Shown here: positions 24,178-38,000 of the stretch, one piece after another | Layout: each line of letters starts with the position of its first letter | How positions within the stretch are numbered: the first letter of the stretch is position 1 | From: Heterodontus francisci | Taxonomy: Eukaryota | Assembly: GCF_036365525.1 (NCBI RefSeq) | Contig: NC_090378.1 | Location: 122,931,593 to 122,995,592 of the forward strand | Reading direction: 5' to 3' | DNA length: 64,000 nt | Translations under genes and position numbers: made by a program | Notes under the pieces: generated by a model | Seen by the model: only the letters and a program-made list of their open reading frames with translations | What the model was told of the DNA's origin: nothing | Databases searched by the model: none

Positions 24178-24962
24178 CTGGATTCTATGAGCTCGTCGGC
24201 GAGCTCACAAAATGACAGCCTGCCCGTGTGGGCCGCACACCAAAGAGCCATCGTGATCTGAAGTGCGGAGGCTCATTTAACCATGTGGGGTGGGCCACAT
24301 CTCCCCCCTCAGTCATGTGGAGGGGATGGGCTGTCCGTCCCCGGCAATGGCGTCAACTGCCTGTGTGCCGGCAATGACACCATTTTTAAAGGGCAGTCAG
24401 TCCTGCCGGGATATTGACATTTTTTAAAGAGATTTCCTCCCAGAATTACATCAATAAAGTTCCAATTCCCCTTTCTCACCCAACTCCATAACAATTACAT
24501 CAACTATATTCCCTTTCCCCCCAAAACAGTTACATTTAACATGTGACCTCCCCACACCAAACTGCACAAAGTTTAAAGTACACCCTTCCCACCATCCCCT
24601 ACATCCTGCTGTTTATTTGACCCTGTTTCCCCCCCAACTCCTGCACTGAGAAACTGACCTGCTCCCACCTCCCCACCAGTGTGGTGCCTTGTTTCCCCAG
24701 ACAGGGTTCTGAAGGTGCGACACTGTGACGGGCCCTCAAGATCACGGGTGAGTAGATTTAAATTCATTAGTATTATTAATTTAACTATTTAAATTGTGGT
24801 CCTGTCGCCCAGCGGCCGGGTGGTCGGCACAGAGCCTCCCCGTCACCGGGAGGATTGGGAGTGGCTCTGCTGGCGTCAAGGTCCGTGGTGGCCTCATCCG
24901 GAGCCAACTTCAGGATCTCCCACCAGGGATCACAATGTCGAGGGAGCCTTAAAATCCAGGCC
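24178..24962. mobile_element. Non-autonomous DNA transposon, same group as the 19.7 and 23.0 kb elements; left end cut by the gap
   Basis: Left CTGGATTCTA, right TAAAATCCAGGCC (rc GGCCTGGATTTTA); internal similarity to 20050-20670. Confidence 0.6.
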
Positions 24963-24964
24963 AG

Positions 24965-25290
24965 TGAGACAGAGTAACAGAGAGAGAGAGGCATTAAGAG
25001 AGGATGACAAAGAAAGAGCACAAAAGAGCAAAACAGAGACAAGGATAGACAGAAGGGGAGAGAAAGAGAGTGAGTGAGGGAGAGGGATAGTGAGAGAGGG
25101 AGACAGAGGAGGAGGAAGAGAGGGAGGAGAGGGAGAGTGAGGAAGAGAAGGAGGAGAGGGAGAGTGAGGAAGAGGAAGAGAGGGAGACAGAGGAAGAGGA
25201 AGAGAGGGAGGAGAGGGAGAGTGAGGAAGAGGGAGGGAGGAGAGGGAGAGTGAGAGAGGGTGGAAGAGCGAGAGAGAAGAGGAAGTGAGA
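24965..25290. repeat. GA-rich polypurine low-complexity tract directly upstream of the V promoter
   Basis: Nearly pure purine strand with GAGGGAGAGTGAGGAAGA subrepeats. Confidence 0.85.
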
Positions 25291-25375
25291 GTTGCTGACG
25301 TGCCTTTCTCTGGGTGATACCATTTACATACTGAGAAACAGGCAGTCAGACTCTCACAGGCTGCAGCTTTATAAA
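25277..25375 (+). promoter_or_regulatory. Ig light-chain V promoter: PU.1 box, CRE-like site, variant octamer, TATA
   Basis: AAGAGGAAGTG 25277-87; TGACGT 25296-301; ATTTACAT 25322-29 (ATTTGCAT with one mismatch, light-chain orientation); TATAAA 25370-75; ATG 60 nt further. Confidence 0.7.
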
Positions 25376-25435
25376 GCAGAGTCCAGTGAAGGGAGAGTTT
25401 ATCAGTAACCAGGCACAGAGACAGGAGCAGGCACC

Positions 25436-25484
25436 ATGATTTCACCCATCCAGCTGATCTGGCCTCTGGCATTCTGCGTCGCAG
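25436..25484 (+). CDS. IGKV: Ig kappa-type V leader exon (MISPIQLIWPLAFCVA-G)
   Basis: Kozak GCACCATG; hydrophobic signal peptide; phase-1 donor GCAG|GTACAA; splices in frame to 25671. Confidence 0.92.
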
Positions 25485-25670
25485 GTACAAATCTCTCTCC
25501 TTCCACGGTTAATATTTTCCTGCTGTTTATTTCAGTCCAATTCTACTGACTTGTGATTGGAGGGAAAATGCTGAAACATGAGGAGCGGTCACTTTCTCTA
25601 ATAATATCTCATTTTACAGGGTCTTTCTGTGACAGTTCTTACTTCACTCTGTTTCTCTATTACCCCTCAG

Positions 25671-25972
25671 GTATCAGTGGAGACACCATCATCATGACCC
25701 AGTCTCCACCGGCACTGTCAGTGACACTGGGACAGACCGCAACGATCACCTGTACAGCCAGCCAGTCCGTTAGCAATGAAGTAGCTTGGTATCAGCAGCG
25801 AGACGGTCAGAAACCCACTCTCCTGATCTATGAGGCAACGGATCGATACACAGGAATATCCGAACGATTCACCGGCAGTCAACAGAACACCAAATTCACT
25901 CTGACAATCAGTAATGTACAGAATGAGGATGTCGCAGATTATTACTGTCAGCAATATAACAGCTTCCCTCTA
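25671..25972 (+). CDS. IGKV: Ig kappa-type (shark NS4/type III-like) light-chain V exon, germline unrearranged, open frame
   Basis: Acceptor CCCCTCAG|GT; [53 protein letters not shown]...[26 protein letters not shown] with both Cys, WYQQ and DxADYYC; 117 codons with leader. Confidence 0.96.
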
Positions 25973-26000
25973 CACAGTGAGACAGAGCCTTACAAAAACC
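25973..26000 (+). other. V(D)J recombination signal sequence, 12-bp spacer
   Basis: CACAGTG (25973-79) + AGACAGAGCCTT (12 bp) + ACAAAAACC (25992-26000), perfect consensus. Confidence 0.98.
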
Positions 26001-29000
26001 TCAATACACACAGTCCCACCTCCTGTACTGACACATCCCACAGTTATATATAATATATAATAATGGACACACAGTCACGCCTCCTGCACTGACACATCCC
26101 ACAGTTATATATAATATATAATATTGGACACACAGTCCCACCTCCTGTACTGACACGTCCCACATTTATATATAACATATAATAATGGACACACAGTCCC
26201 ACCTCCTGCACTGACACATCCCACAGTTATATATAATATATAATATTGGACACACAGTCCCACCTCCTGTACTGACACGTCCCACATTTATATATAACAT
26301 ATAATAATGGACACACAGTCCCACCTCCTGTACTGATACATCCCACAGTAAAATATAAAGTATCATATTGGACACTCAGTCCCACCTCCTGTACTGACAC
26401 GTCCCACATTTATATATAACATATAATAATGGACACACATTCCCACCTCCTGCACTGACACATCCCACAGTTATATATAATATATAACAATGGACACGCA
26501 GTCCCACCTCCGGCACTGACACATCCCACAGTTATATATAATATATAATAATGGACACACAGTCCCACCTCCTGCACTGACACATCCCACAGTTATATAT
26601 AATATATAATAATGGATACACATTCCCACTTCCTGTACTGACACATCCCACAGTTATATATAATATATAATAATGGATACACATTCCCACCTTCTGTACT
26701 GACACATCCCACAGTGAACAATAATATATAATAATGGATACACAGTCCCACCTCCTGCACCGACACATCCCACAGTTATATATAATATATAATAATGGAT
26801 ACACATTCCCACCTCCTGTACTGACACATCCCACAGTAAAAAATAATATATAATAATGGATACACAGTCCCACCTCCTGCACTGACACATCCCACAGTTA
26901 TATATAATATATAATAATGGACACACAGTCCCACCTCCTGCACTGACACATCCCACAATAATATATAATATATAATAATGGACACACAGTCCCACCTCCT
27001 GCACTGACACATCCCACAATAATATATAATATATAATAATGGACACACAGTCCCACCTCCTGCACTGACACATCCCACAATAATATATAATATATAATAA
27101 TGGACACACAGTCCCTCCTCCTGTACTGACACATCCCACAGTTATATATAATATATAATAATGGATACACATTCCCACCTCCTGTACTGACACATCTCAC
27201 AGTTATATAAAATATACAATAATGGACACACAGTCCCACCTCCTGTACTGACACATCTCACAGTTATATAAAATATACAATAATGGACACACAGTCCCTC
27301 CTCCTGTACTGACACATCCCACAGTTATATATAATATATAATAATGGATACACCGTCCCACCTCCTGCACCGACACGTCCCACAGTTATATATAATATAT
27401 AATAATGGATACACATTCCCACCTCCTGCACTGACACATCCCACAGTTATATATAATATATAATAATGGATACACATTCCCACCTCCTGTACTGACACGT
27501 CCCACACTTATATATAATATATAATAATGGATACAGATTCCCAATTCCTGTACTGACATGTCCCACAGTTATATCTAATATATAATAATGGATACACAGT
27601 CCCACCTCCTGCACTGACACATCCCACAGTTATATATAATATATAATAATGGATACACTGTCCCACTTCCTGCACTGACACGTCCCACAGTTACATTTAA
27701 TATATAATAATGGATACACATTCCCACCTCCTGTACTGAAACATCCCACAGTAAAAAATAATATATAACAATGGACACACATTCCCACTTCCTGTACTGA
27801 CACGTCCCACAGTTATATATAATATATAATAATGGACACACAGTCCCACCTCCTGTACTGACACAACCCACAGTTATATATAATATATCATAATGGAAAC
27901 ACAGTCCCACCTCCTGAACTGACACAACCCACAGTTTTATATAATATATAATAATGGACACACAGTCCCACCTCCTGCACTGACACAACCCACAGTTATA
28001 TATAATATATCATAATGGAAACACAGTCCCACCTCCTGCACTGACACAACCCACAGTTTTATATAATATATCATAATGGACACACAGTCCCACCTCCTGT
28101 ACTGACACATCTCACAGTCATATAAAATATATAATAATGGACACACAGTCCCACCTCCTGTACTGACACATCCCACAGTTATATATAATATATAATAATG
28201 GATACACATTCCCACCTCCTGTACTGACACATCTCACAGTTATATAAAATATACAATAATGGACACACAGTCCCACCTCCTGTACTGACACATCTCACAG
28301 TTATATAAAATATACAATAATGGACACACAGTCCCTCCTCCTGTACTGACACATCCCACAGTTATATATAATATATAATAATGGGCACACATTCCCACCT
28401 CCTGCACTGACACATCCCACAGTTATATATAATATATAATAATGGATACACCGTCCCACCTCCTGCACCGACACGTCCCACAGTTATATATAATATATAA
28501 TAATGGATACACATTCCCACCTCCTGCACTGACACATCCCACAGTTATATATAATATATAATAATGGATACACATTCCCACCTCCTGTACTGACACGTCC
28601 CACACTTATATATAATATATAATAATGGATACAGATTCCCAATTCCTGTACTGACATGTCCCACAGTTATATCTAATATATAATAATGGATACACAGTCC
28701 CACCTCCTGCACTGACACATCCCACAGTTATATATAATATATAATAATGGATACACTGTCCCACTTCCTGCACTGACACGTCCCACAGTTACATTTAATA
28801 TATAATAATGGATACACATTCCCACCTCCTGTACTGAAACATCCCACAGTAAAAAATAATATATAACAATGGACACACATTCCCACTTCCTGTACTGACA
28901 CGTCCCACAGTTATATATAATATATAATAATGGACACACAGTCCCACCTCCTGTACTGACACAACCCACAGTTATATATAATATATCATAATGGAAACAC

Positions 29001-32000
29001 AGTCCCACCTCCTGAACTGACACAACCCACAGTTTTATATAATATATAATAATGGACACACAGTCCCACCTCCTGCACTGACACAACCCACAGTTATATA
29101 TAATATATCATAATGGACACACAGTCCCACCTCCTGTACTGACACATCTCACAGTCATATAAAATATATAATAATGGACACACAGTCCCACCTCCTGTAC
29201 TGACACAACCCACAGTTATATATAATATATCATAATGGAAACACAGTCCCACCTCCTGCACTGACACAACCCAGTTTTATATAATATATAAAATTGGACA
29301 CACAGTCCCACCTCCTGTACTGACACATCTCACAGTTATATAAAATATACAATAATGGACACACAGTCCCACCTCCTGTACTGACACATCCCACAGTTAT
29401 ATATAATATATAATAATGGGCACACATTCCCACCTCCTGCACTGACACATCCCACAGTTATATATAATATATAATAATGGATACACAGTCCCACCTCCTG
29501 CACCGACACGTCCCACAGTAATATATAATATATAATAATGGATACACATTCCCACTTCCTGTACTGACACATCCCACAGTAAAAAAATAATATATAATAA
29601 TGGATACACAGTCCCACCTCCTGCACCGACACATCCCACAGTAATATATAAAATATAATAATGGATACACAGTCCCACCTCCTGTACTGACACATCCCTC
29701 AGTAAAGAATAATATATAATAATGGACACACATTCCCACTTCCTGTACTGACACGTCCCACACTTATATATAATATATAATAATGGACACACATTCCCAA
29801 TTCCTGTACTGACACGTCCCACACTTATATATAATATATAATAATGGATACACAGTCCCACCTCCTGTACAGACACGTCCCATAGTAAAAAATAATATAT
29901 AATAATGGATACACAGTCCCTCCTCCTGTACTGACACATCCCACAGTTATATATAATATATAATAATGGGCACACATTCCCACCTCCTGTACTGACACAT
30001 CCCACAGTGATATATAATATATAATAATGGACACACAGTCCCACCTCCTGCACTGACACATCCCACAGTTATATATAATATGTAATAATGGATACACATT
30101 CCCACTTCCTGTACTGACACGTCCCACAGTAATATATAATATATAATAATGGATACACATTCCCACCTCCTGAACTGAAACATCCCACAGTGTAAAATAA
30201 TATATAACAATGGACACACATTCCCACTTCCTGTACTGACACGTCCCAAAGTTATATATAATATACAATAATGGACACACAGTCCCACCTCCTGTACTGA
30301 CACAACCCACAGTTATATATAATATATCATAATGGAAACACAGTCCCACCTCCTGAACTGACACAACCCACAGTTTTATATAATATATAATAATGGACAC
30401 ACAGTCCCACCTCCTGTACTGACACATCTCACAGTTATATAAAATATATAATAATGGACACACAGTCCCACCTCCTGTACTGACACATCCCACAGTTATA
30501 TATAATATATAATAATGGAAACACAGTCCCACCTCCTGTACTGACACATCTCACAGTTATATAAAATATACAATAATGGACACACAGTCCCACCTCCTGT
30601 ACTGACACATCCCACAGTAAAAAATAATATATAATAATGGACACACAGTCCCACCTCCTGCACTGTTACATCCCACAGTTATATATAATATATAATAATG
30701 GATACACAGTCCCACCTCCTGCACTGACACATCCCACAGTTATATATAATATATATTAATCGGCACACATTCCCACCTCCTTCACTGACACATCCCACAG
30801 TTATATATAATATATAATAATGGACACACAGTTCCACTTCCTGTACTGACACGTCCCACAGTTATATATAATATATAATAATGGACACACAGTCCCACCT
30901 CCTGTACTGACACATCTCACAGTTATATAAAATATACAATAATGGACACACAGTCCCACCACCTGTACTGACACGTCCCACAGTTATACATAATATATAA
31001 TAATGGACACACAGTCCCACCTCCTGTAGTGACACATCTCACAGTTATATAAAATATACAAGAATGGACACACAGTCCCACCTCCTGTACTGACACATCC
31101 CACAGTTATATATAATATATAATAATGGGCACACATTCCCACCTCCTGCACTGACACATCCCACAGTAAAAAATAATATATAATAATGGACACACAGTCC
31201 CACCTCCTGCACTGGTACATCCCACAGTTATATATAATATATAATAATGGATACACAGTCCCACCTCCTGCACTGACACATCCCACAGTTATATATAATA
31301 TATAATAATGGATACACATTCCCACCTCCTGCACTGACACATCCCACAGTAAAAAATAATATATAATAATGGATACACAGTCCCACCTCCTGCACCGACA
31401 CATCCCACAGTAATATATAAAATATAATAATGGATACACAGTCCCACCTCCTGTACTGACACATCCCTCAGTAAAGAATAATATATAATAATGGACACTC
31501 ATTCCCACTTCCTGTACTGACACGTCCCACACTTATATATAATATATAATAATGGACACACAGTCCCACCTCCTGCACTGACACATCCCACAGTTATATA
31601 TAATATATAATAATGGATACACATTCCCACTTCCTGCACTGACACGTCCCACAGTTTTATATAATATGTAATAATGGATACACATTCCCACTTCCTGCAC
31701 TGACACGTCCCACAGTTATATATAATATATAATAATGGATACACAGTCCCACCTCCTGCACTGACACATCCCACAGTTATATATAATATATAATAATGGA
31801 TACACATTCCCACTTCCTGCACTGACACGTCCCACAGTTTTATATAATATGTAATAATGGATACACATTCCCACTTCCTGCACTGACACGTCCCACAGTT
31901 ATATATAATATATAATAATGGATACACATTCCCACCTCCTGAACTGAAACATCCCACAGTGTAAAATAATATATAACAATGGACACACATTCCCACTTCC

Positions 32001-35000
32001 TGTCCTGACACGTCCCACAGTTATATATAATATACAATAATGGACACACAGTCCCACCTCCTGTACTGACACAACCCACAGTTATATATAATATATCATA
32101 ATGGAAACACAGTCCCACCTCCTGAACTGACACAACCCACAGTTTTATATAATATATAATAATGGACACACAGTCCCACCTCCTGTACTGACACATCCCA
32201 CAGTTATATATAATATATAATAATGGACACACAGTCACGCCTCCTGTACTGACACGTCGCACATTTATATATAACATATAATAATGGACACACAGTCCCA
32301 CCTCCTGTACTGACACATCCCACAGTTATATATAATATATAATATTGGACACACAGTCCCACCTCCTGTACTGACACGTCCCACATTTATATATAACATA
32401 TAATAATGGACACACAGTCCCACTTCCTGTACTGATACATCCCACAGTTATATATAATATATAATAATGGACACACAGTCCCACCTCCTGTACTGACACA
32501 ACCCACCGTTATATATAATATATCATAATGGAAACACAGTCCCACCTCCTGAACTGACACAACCCACAGTTTTATATAATATATCATAATGGACACACAG
32601 TCCCACCTCCTGTACTGACACATCTCACAGTCATATAAAATATATAATAATGGACACACAGTCCCACCTCCTGTACTGACACAACCCACAGTTATATATA
32701 ATATATCATAATGGAAACACAGTCCCACCTCCTGCACTGACACAACCCACAGTTTTATATAATATATAATAATGGACACACAGTCCCACCTCCTGTACTG
32801 ACACATCTCACAGTTATATAAAATATACAATAATGGACACACAGTCCCACCTCCTGTACTGACACATCCCACAGTTATATATAATATATAATAATGGGCA
32901 CACATTCCCACCTCCTGCACTGACACATCCCACAGTTATATATAATATATAATAATGGATACACAGTCCCACCTCCTGCACCGACACGTCCCACAGTAAT
33001 ATATAATATATAATAATGGATACACATTCCCACTTCCTGTACTGACACATCCCACAGTAAAAAAATAATATATAATAATGGATACACAGTCCCACCTCCT
33101 GCACCGACACATCCCACAGTTATATATAATATATAATAATGGATACACATTCCCACTTCCTGGACTGACACATCCCACAGTTATATATAATATATAATAA
33201 TGGATACACATTCCCAATTCCTGTACTGACACGTCCCACAGTAAAAAATAATATATAATAATGGATACACAGTCCCACCTCCTGCACCGACACATCCCAC
33301 AGTAATATATAAAATATAATAATGGATACACAGTCCCACCTCCTGTACTGACACATCCCTCAGTAAAGAATAATATATAATAATGGACACACATTCCCAC
33401 TTCCTGTACTGACACGTCCCACACTTATATATAATATATAATAATGGATACACATTCCCACCTCCTGTACTGACACGTCCCACAGTTATATATAATATAT
33501 AATAATGGATACACAGTCCCACCTTCTGCACTGACACATCCCACAGTTATATATAATATATAATAATGGATACACATTCCCACTTCCTGCACTGACACGT
33601 CCCACAGTTATATATAATATGTAATAATGGATACACATTCCCACTTCCTGTACTGACACGTCCCACAGTTATATATAATATATAATAATGGATACACATT
33701 CCCACTTCCTGTACTGACACATCCCACTGTTATATATAATATGTAATAATGGATACACAGTCCCACCTCCTGAACTGAAACATCCCACAGTGTAAAATAA
33801 TATATAACAATGGACACACATTCCCACTTCCTGTACTGACACGTCCCAAAGTTATATATAATATACAATAATGGACACACAGTCCCACCTCCTGTACTGA
33901 CACAACCCACAGTTATATATAATATATCATAATGGAAACACAGTCCCACCTCCTGAACTGACACAACCCACAGTTTTATATAATATATAATAATGGACAC
34001 ACAGTCCCACCTCCTGTACTGACACATCTCACAGTTATATAAAATATATAATAATGGACACACAGTCCCACCTCCTGTACTGACACAACCCACAGTTATA
34101 TATAATATATCATAATGGAAACACAGTCCCACCTCCTGCACTGACACAACCCACAGTTTTATATAATATATAATAATGGACACACAGTCCCACCTCCTGT
34201 ACTGACACATCTCACAGTTATATAAAATATACAATAATGGACACACAGTCCCACCTCCTGTACTGACACATCCCACATTAAAAAATAATATATAATAATG
34301 GACACACAGTCCCACCTCCTGCACTGGTACATCCCACAGTTATATATAATATATAATAATGGATACACAGTCCCACATCCTGCACTGACACATCCCACAG
34401 TTATATATAATATATAATAATGGATACACATTCCCACCTCCTGCACTGACACATCCCACAGTTATATATAATATATATTAATGGGCACACATTCCCACCT
34501 CCTTCACTGACACATCCCACAGTTATATATAATATATAATAATGGACACACAGTTCCACTTCCTGTACTGACACGTCCCACAGTTATACATAATATATAA
34601 TAATGGACACACAGTCCCACCTCCTGTGGTGACACATCTCACAGTTATATAAAATATACAAGAATGGACACACAGTCCCACATCCTGTACTGACACATCC
34701 CACAGTTATATATAATATATAATAATGGGCACACAGTCCCACCTCCTGTAGTGACACATCTCACAGTTATATAAAATATACAAGAATGGACACACATTCC
34801 CACCTCCTGCACTGACACATCCCACAGTAAAAAATAATATATAATAATGGACACACAGTCCCACCTCCTGCACTGGTACATCCCACAGTTATATATAATA
34901 TATAATAATGGATGCACAGTCCCACCTCCTGCACTGACACATCCCAAAGTTATATATAATATATAATAATGGATACACAGTCCCACCTCCTGCACTGACA

Positions 35001-38000
35001 CATCCCACAGTTATATATAATATATAATAATGGATACACAGTCCCACCTCCTGCACTGGTACATCCCACAGTTATATATAATATATAATAATGGATGCAC
35101 AGTCCCACCTCCTGCACTGACACATCCCACAGTTATATATAATATATAATAATGGATACACATTCCCACCTCCTGCACTGACACATCCCACAGTAATATA
35201 TAAAATATAATAATGGATACACAGTCCCACCTCCTGTACTGACACATCCCTCAGTAAAGAATAATATATAATAATGGATACACATTCCCACTTCCTGGAC
35301 TGACACGTCCCACAGTAAAAAATAATATATAATAATGGATACACAGTCCCACCTCCTGCACCGACACATCCCACAGTAATATATAAAATATAATAATGGA
35401 TACACAGTCCCACCTCCTGTACTGACACATCCCTCAGTAAAGAATAATATATAATAATGGACACACATTCCCACTTCCTGTACTGACACGTCCCACACTT
35501 ATATATAATATATAATAATGGATACACATTCCCAATTCCTGTACTGACACGTCCCACAGTTATATATAATATATAATAATGGATACACAGTCCCACCTCC
35601 TGCACTGACACATCCCACCGTTATATATAATATATAATAATGGATACACATTCCCACTTCCTGCACTGACACGTCCCACAGTTATATATAATATGTAATA
35701 ATGGATACACATTCCCACTTCCTGCACTGACACGTCCCACAGTTATATATAATATATAATAATGGATACACATTCCCACCACCTGAACTGAAACATCCCA
35801 CAGTGTAAAATAATATATAACAATGGACACACATTCCCACTTCCTGTACTGACACGTCCCACAGTTATATATAATATACAATAATGGACACACAGTCCCA
35901 CCTCCTGTACTGACACAACCCACAGTTATATATAATATATCATAATGGAAACACAGTCCGACCTCCTGAACTGACACAACCCACAGTTTTATATAATATA
36001 TAATAATGGACACACAGTCCCACCTCCTGTACTGACACATCCCACAGTTATATATAATATATAATAATGGACACACAGTCCCACCTCCTGTACTGACACG
36101 TCCCACATTTATATATAACATATAATAATGGACACACAGTCCCACCTCCTGCACTGACACATCCCACAGTTATATATAATATATAATATTGGACACACAG
36201 TCCCACCTCCTGTACTGACACGTCCCACATTTATATATAACATATAATAATGGACACACAGTCCCACTTCCTGTGCTGATACATCCCACAGTAAAATATA
36301 AAGTATCATATTGGACACTCAGTCCCACCTCCTGCACTGACACATCCCACAGTTATATATAATATATAATAATGGACACTCAGTCCCACCTCCGGCACTG
36401 ACACATCCCAAAGTTATATATAATATATAATAATGGGCACACATTCCCACCTCCTGCACTGACACATCCCACAGTTATATATAATATATAATAATGGACA
36501 CACAGTCCCACCTCCTGCACTGACACATCCCACAGTTATATATAATATATAATAATGGATACACATTCCCACTTCCTGTACTGACACATCCCACAGTTAT
36601 ATATAATATATAATAATGGATACACATTCCCACCTTCTGTACTGACACATCCCACAGTGAACAATAATATATAATAATGGATACACAGTCCCACCTCCTG
36701 CACCGACACATCCCACATTTATATATAATATATAATAATGGATACACATTCCCACCTCCTGTACTGACACATCCCACAGTAAAAAATAATATATAATAAT
36801 GGATACACAGTCCCACCTCCTGCACTGACACATCCCACAGTTATATATAATATATAATAATGGACACACAGTCCCACCTCCTGCACTGACACATCCCACA
36901 GTTATATATAATATATAATAATGGATACACATTCCCACCTCCTGTACTGACACATCTCACAGTTATATAAAATATACAATAATGGACACACAGTCCCTCC
37001 TCCTGTACTGACACATCCCACAGTTATATATAATATATAATAATGGATACACATTCCCACCTCCTGTACAGACACGTCCCACAGTAAAAAATAATATATA
37101 ATAATGGATACACATTCCCACCTCCTGTACTGACACATCTCACAGTTATATAAAATATACAATAATGGACACACAGTCCCTCCTCCTGTACTGACACATC
37201 CCACAGTTATATATAATATATAATAATGGATACACAGTCCCACCTCCTGCACCGACACGTCCCACAGTTATATATAATATATAATAATGGATACACAGTC
37301 CCACCTCCTGCACCGACACGTCCCACAGTAATATATAATATATAATAATGGATACACATTCCCACCTCCTGTACTGACACGTCCCACACTTATATATAAT
37401 ATATAATAATGGATACACATTCCCAATTCCTGTACTGACATGTCCCACAGTTATATCTAATATATAATAATGGATACACAGTCCCACCTCCTGCACTGAC
37501 ACATCCCACAGTTATATATAATATATAATAATGGATACACTGTCCCACTTCCTGCACTGACACGTCCCACAGTTATATATAATATGTAATAATGGATACA
37601 CATTCCCACTTCCTGTACTGACACGTCCCACAGTTACATTTAATATATAATAATGGATACACATTCCCACCTCCTGTACTGAAACATCCCACAGTAAAAA
37701 ATAATATATAACAATGGACACACATTCCCACTTCCTGTACTGACACGTCCCACAGTTATATATAATATATAATAATGGACACACAGTCCCACCTCCTGTA
37801 CTGACACAACCCACAGTTATATATAATATATCATAATGGAAACACAGTCCCACCTCCTGAACTGACACAACCCACAGTTTTATATAATATATCATAATGG
37901 ACACACAGTCCCACCTCCTGTACTGACACATCTCACATTTATATAAAATATATAATAATGGACACACAGTCCCACCTCCTGTACTGACACAACCCACAGT

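Noticed and set aside
23460-24251. ORFs spanning the N run
   Set aside because: Artefacts of the assembly gap
22454-24727. CACTGTG heptamers at ~22454 and 24721 as J-segment RSSs
   Set aside because: No GGTTTTTGT nonamer at 12 or 23 bp and no FGxG J motif downstream
25553-26053. Single-exon 166-aa ORF as the Ig gene model
   Set aside because: N-terminus is intron and C-terminus is RSS/satellite read-through; the true structure is leader exon plus V exon
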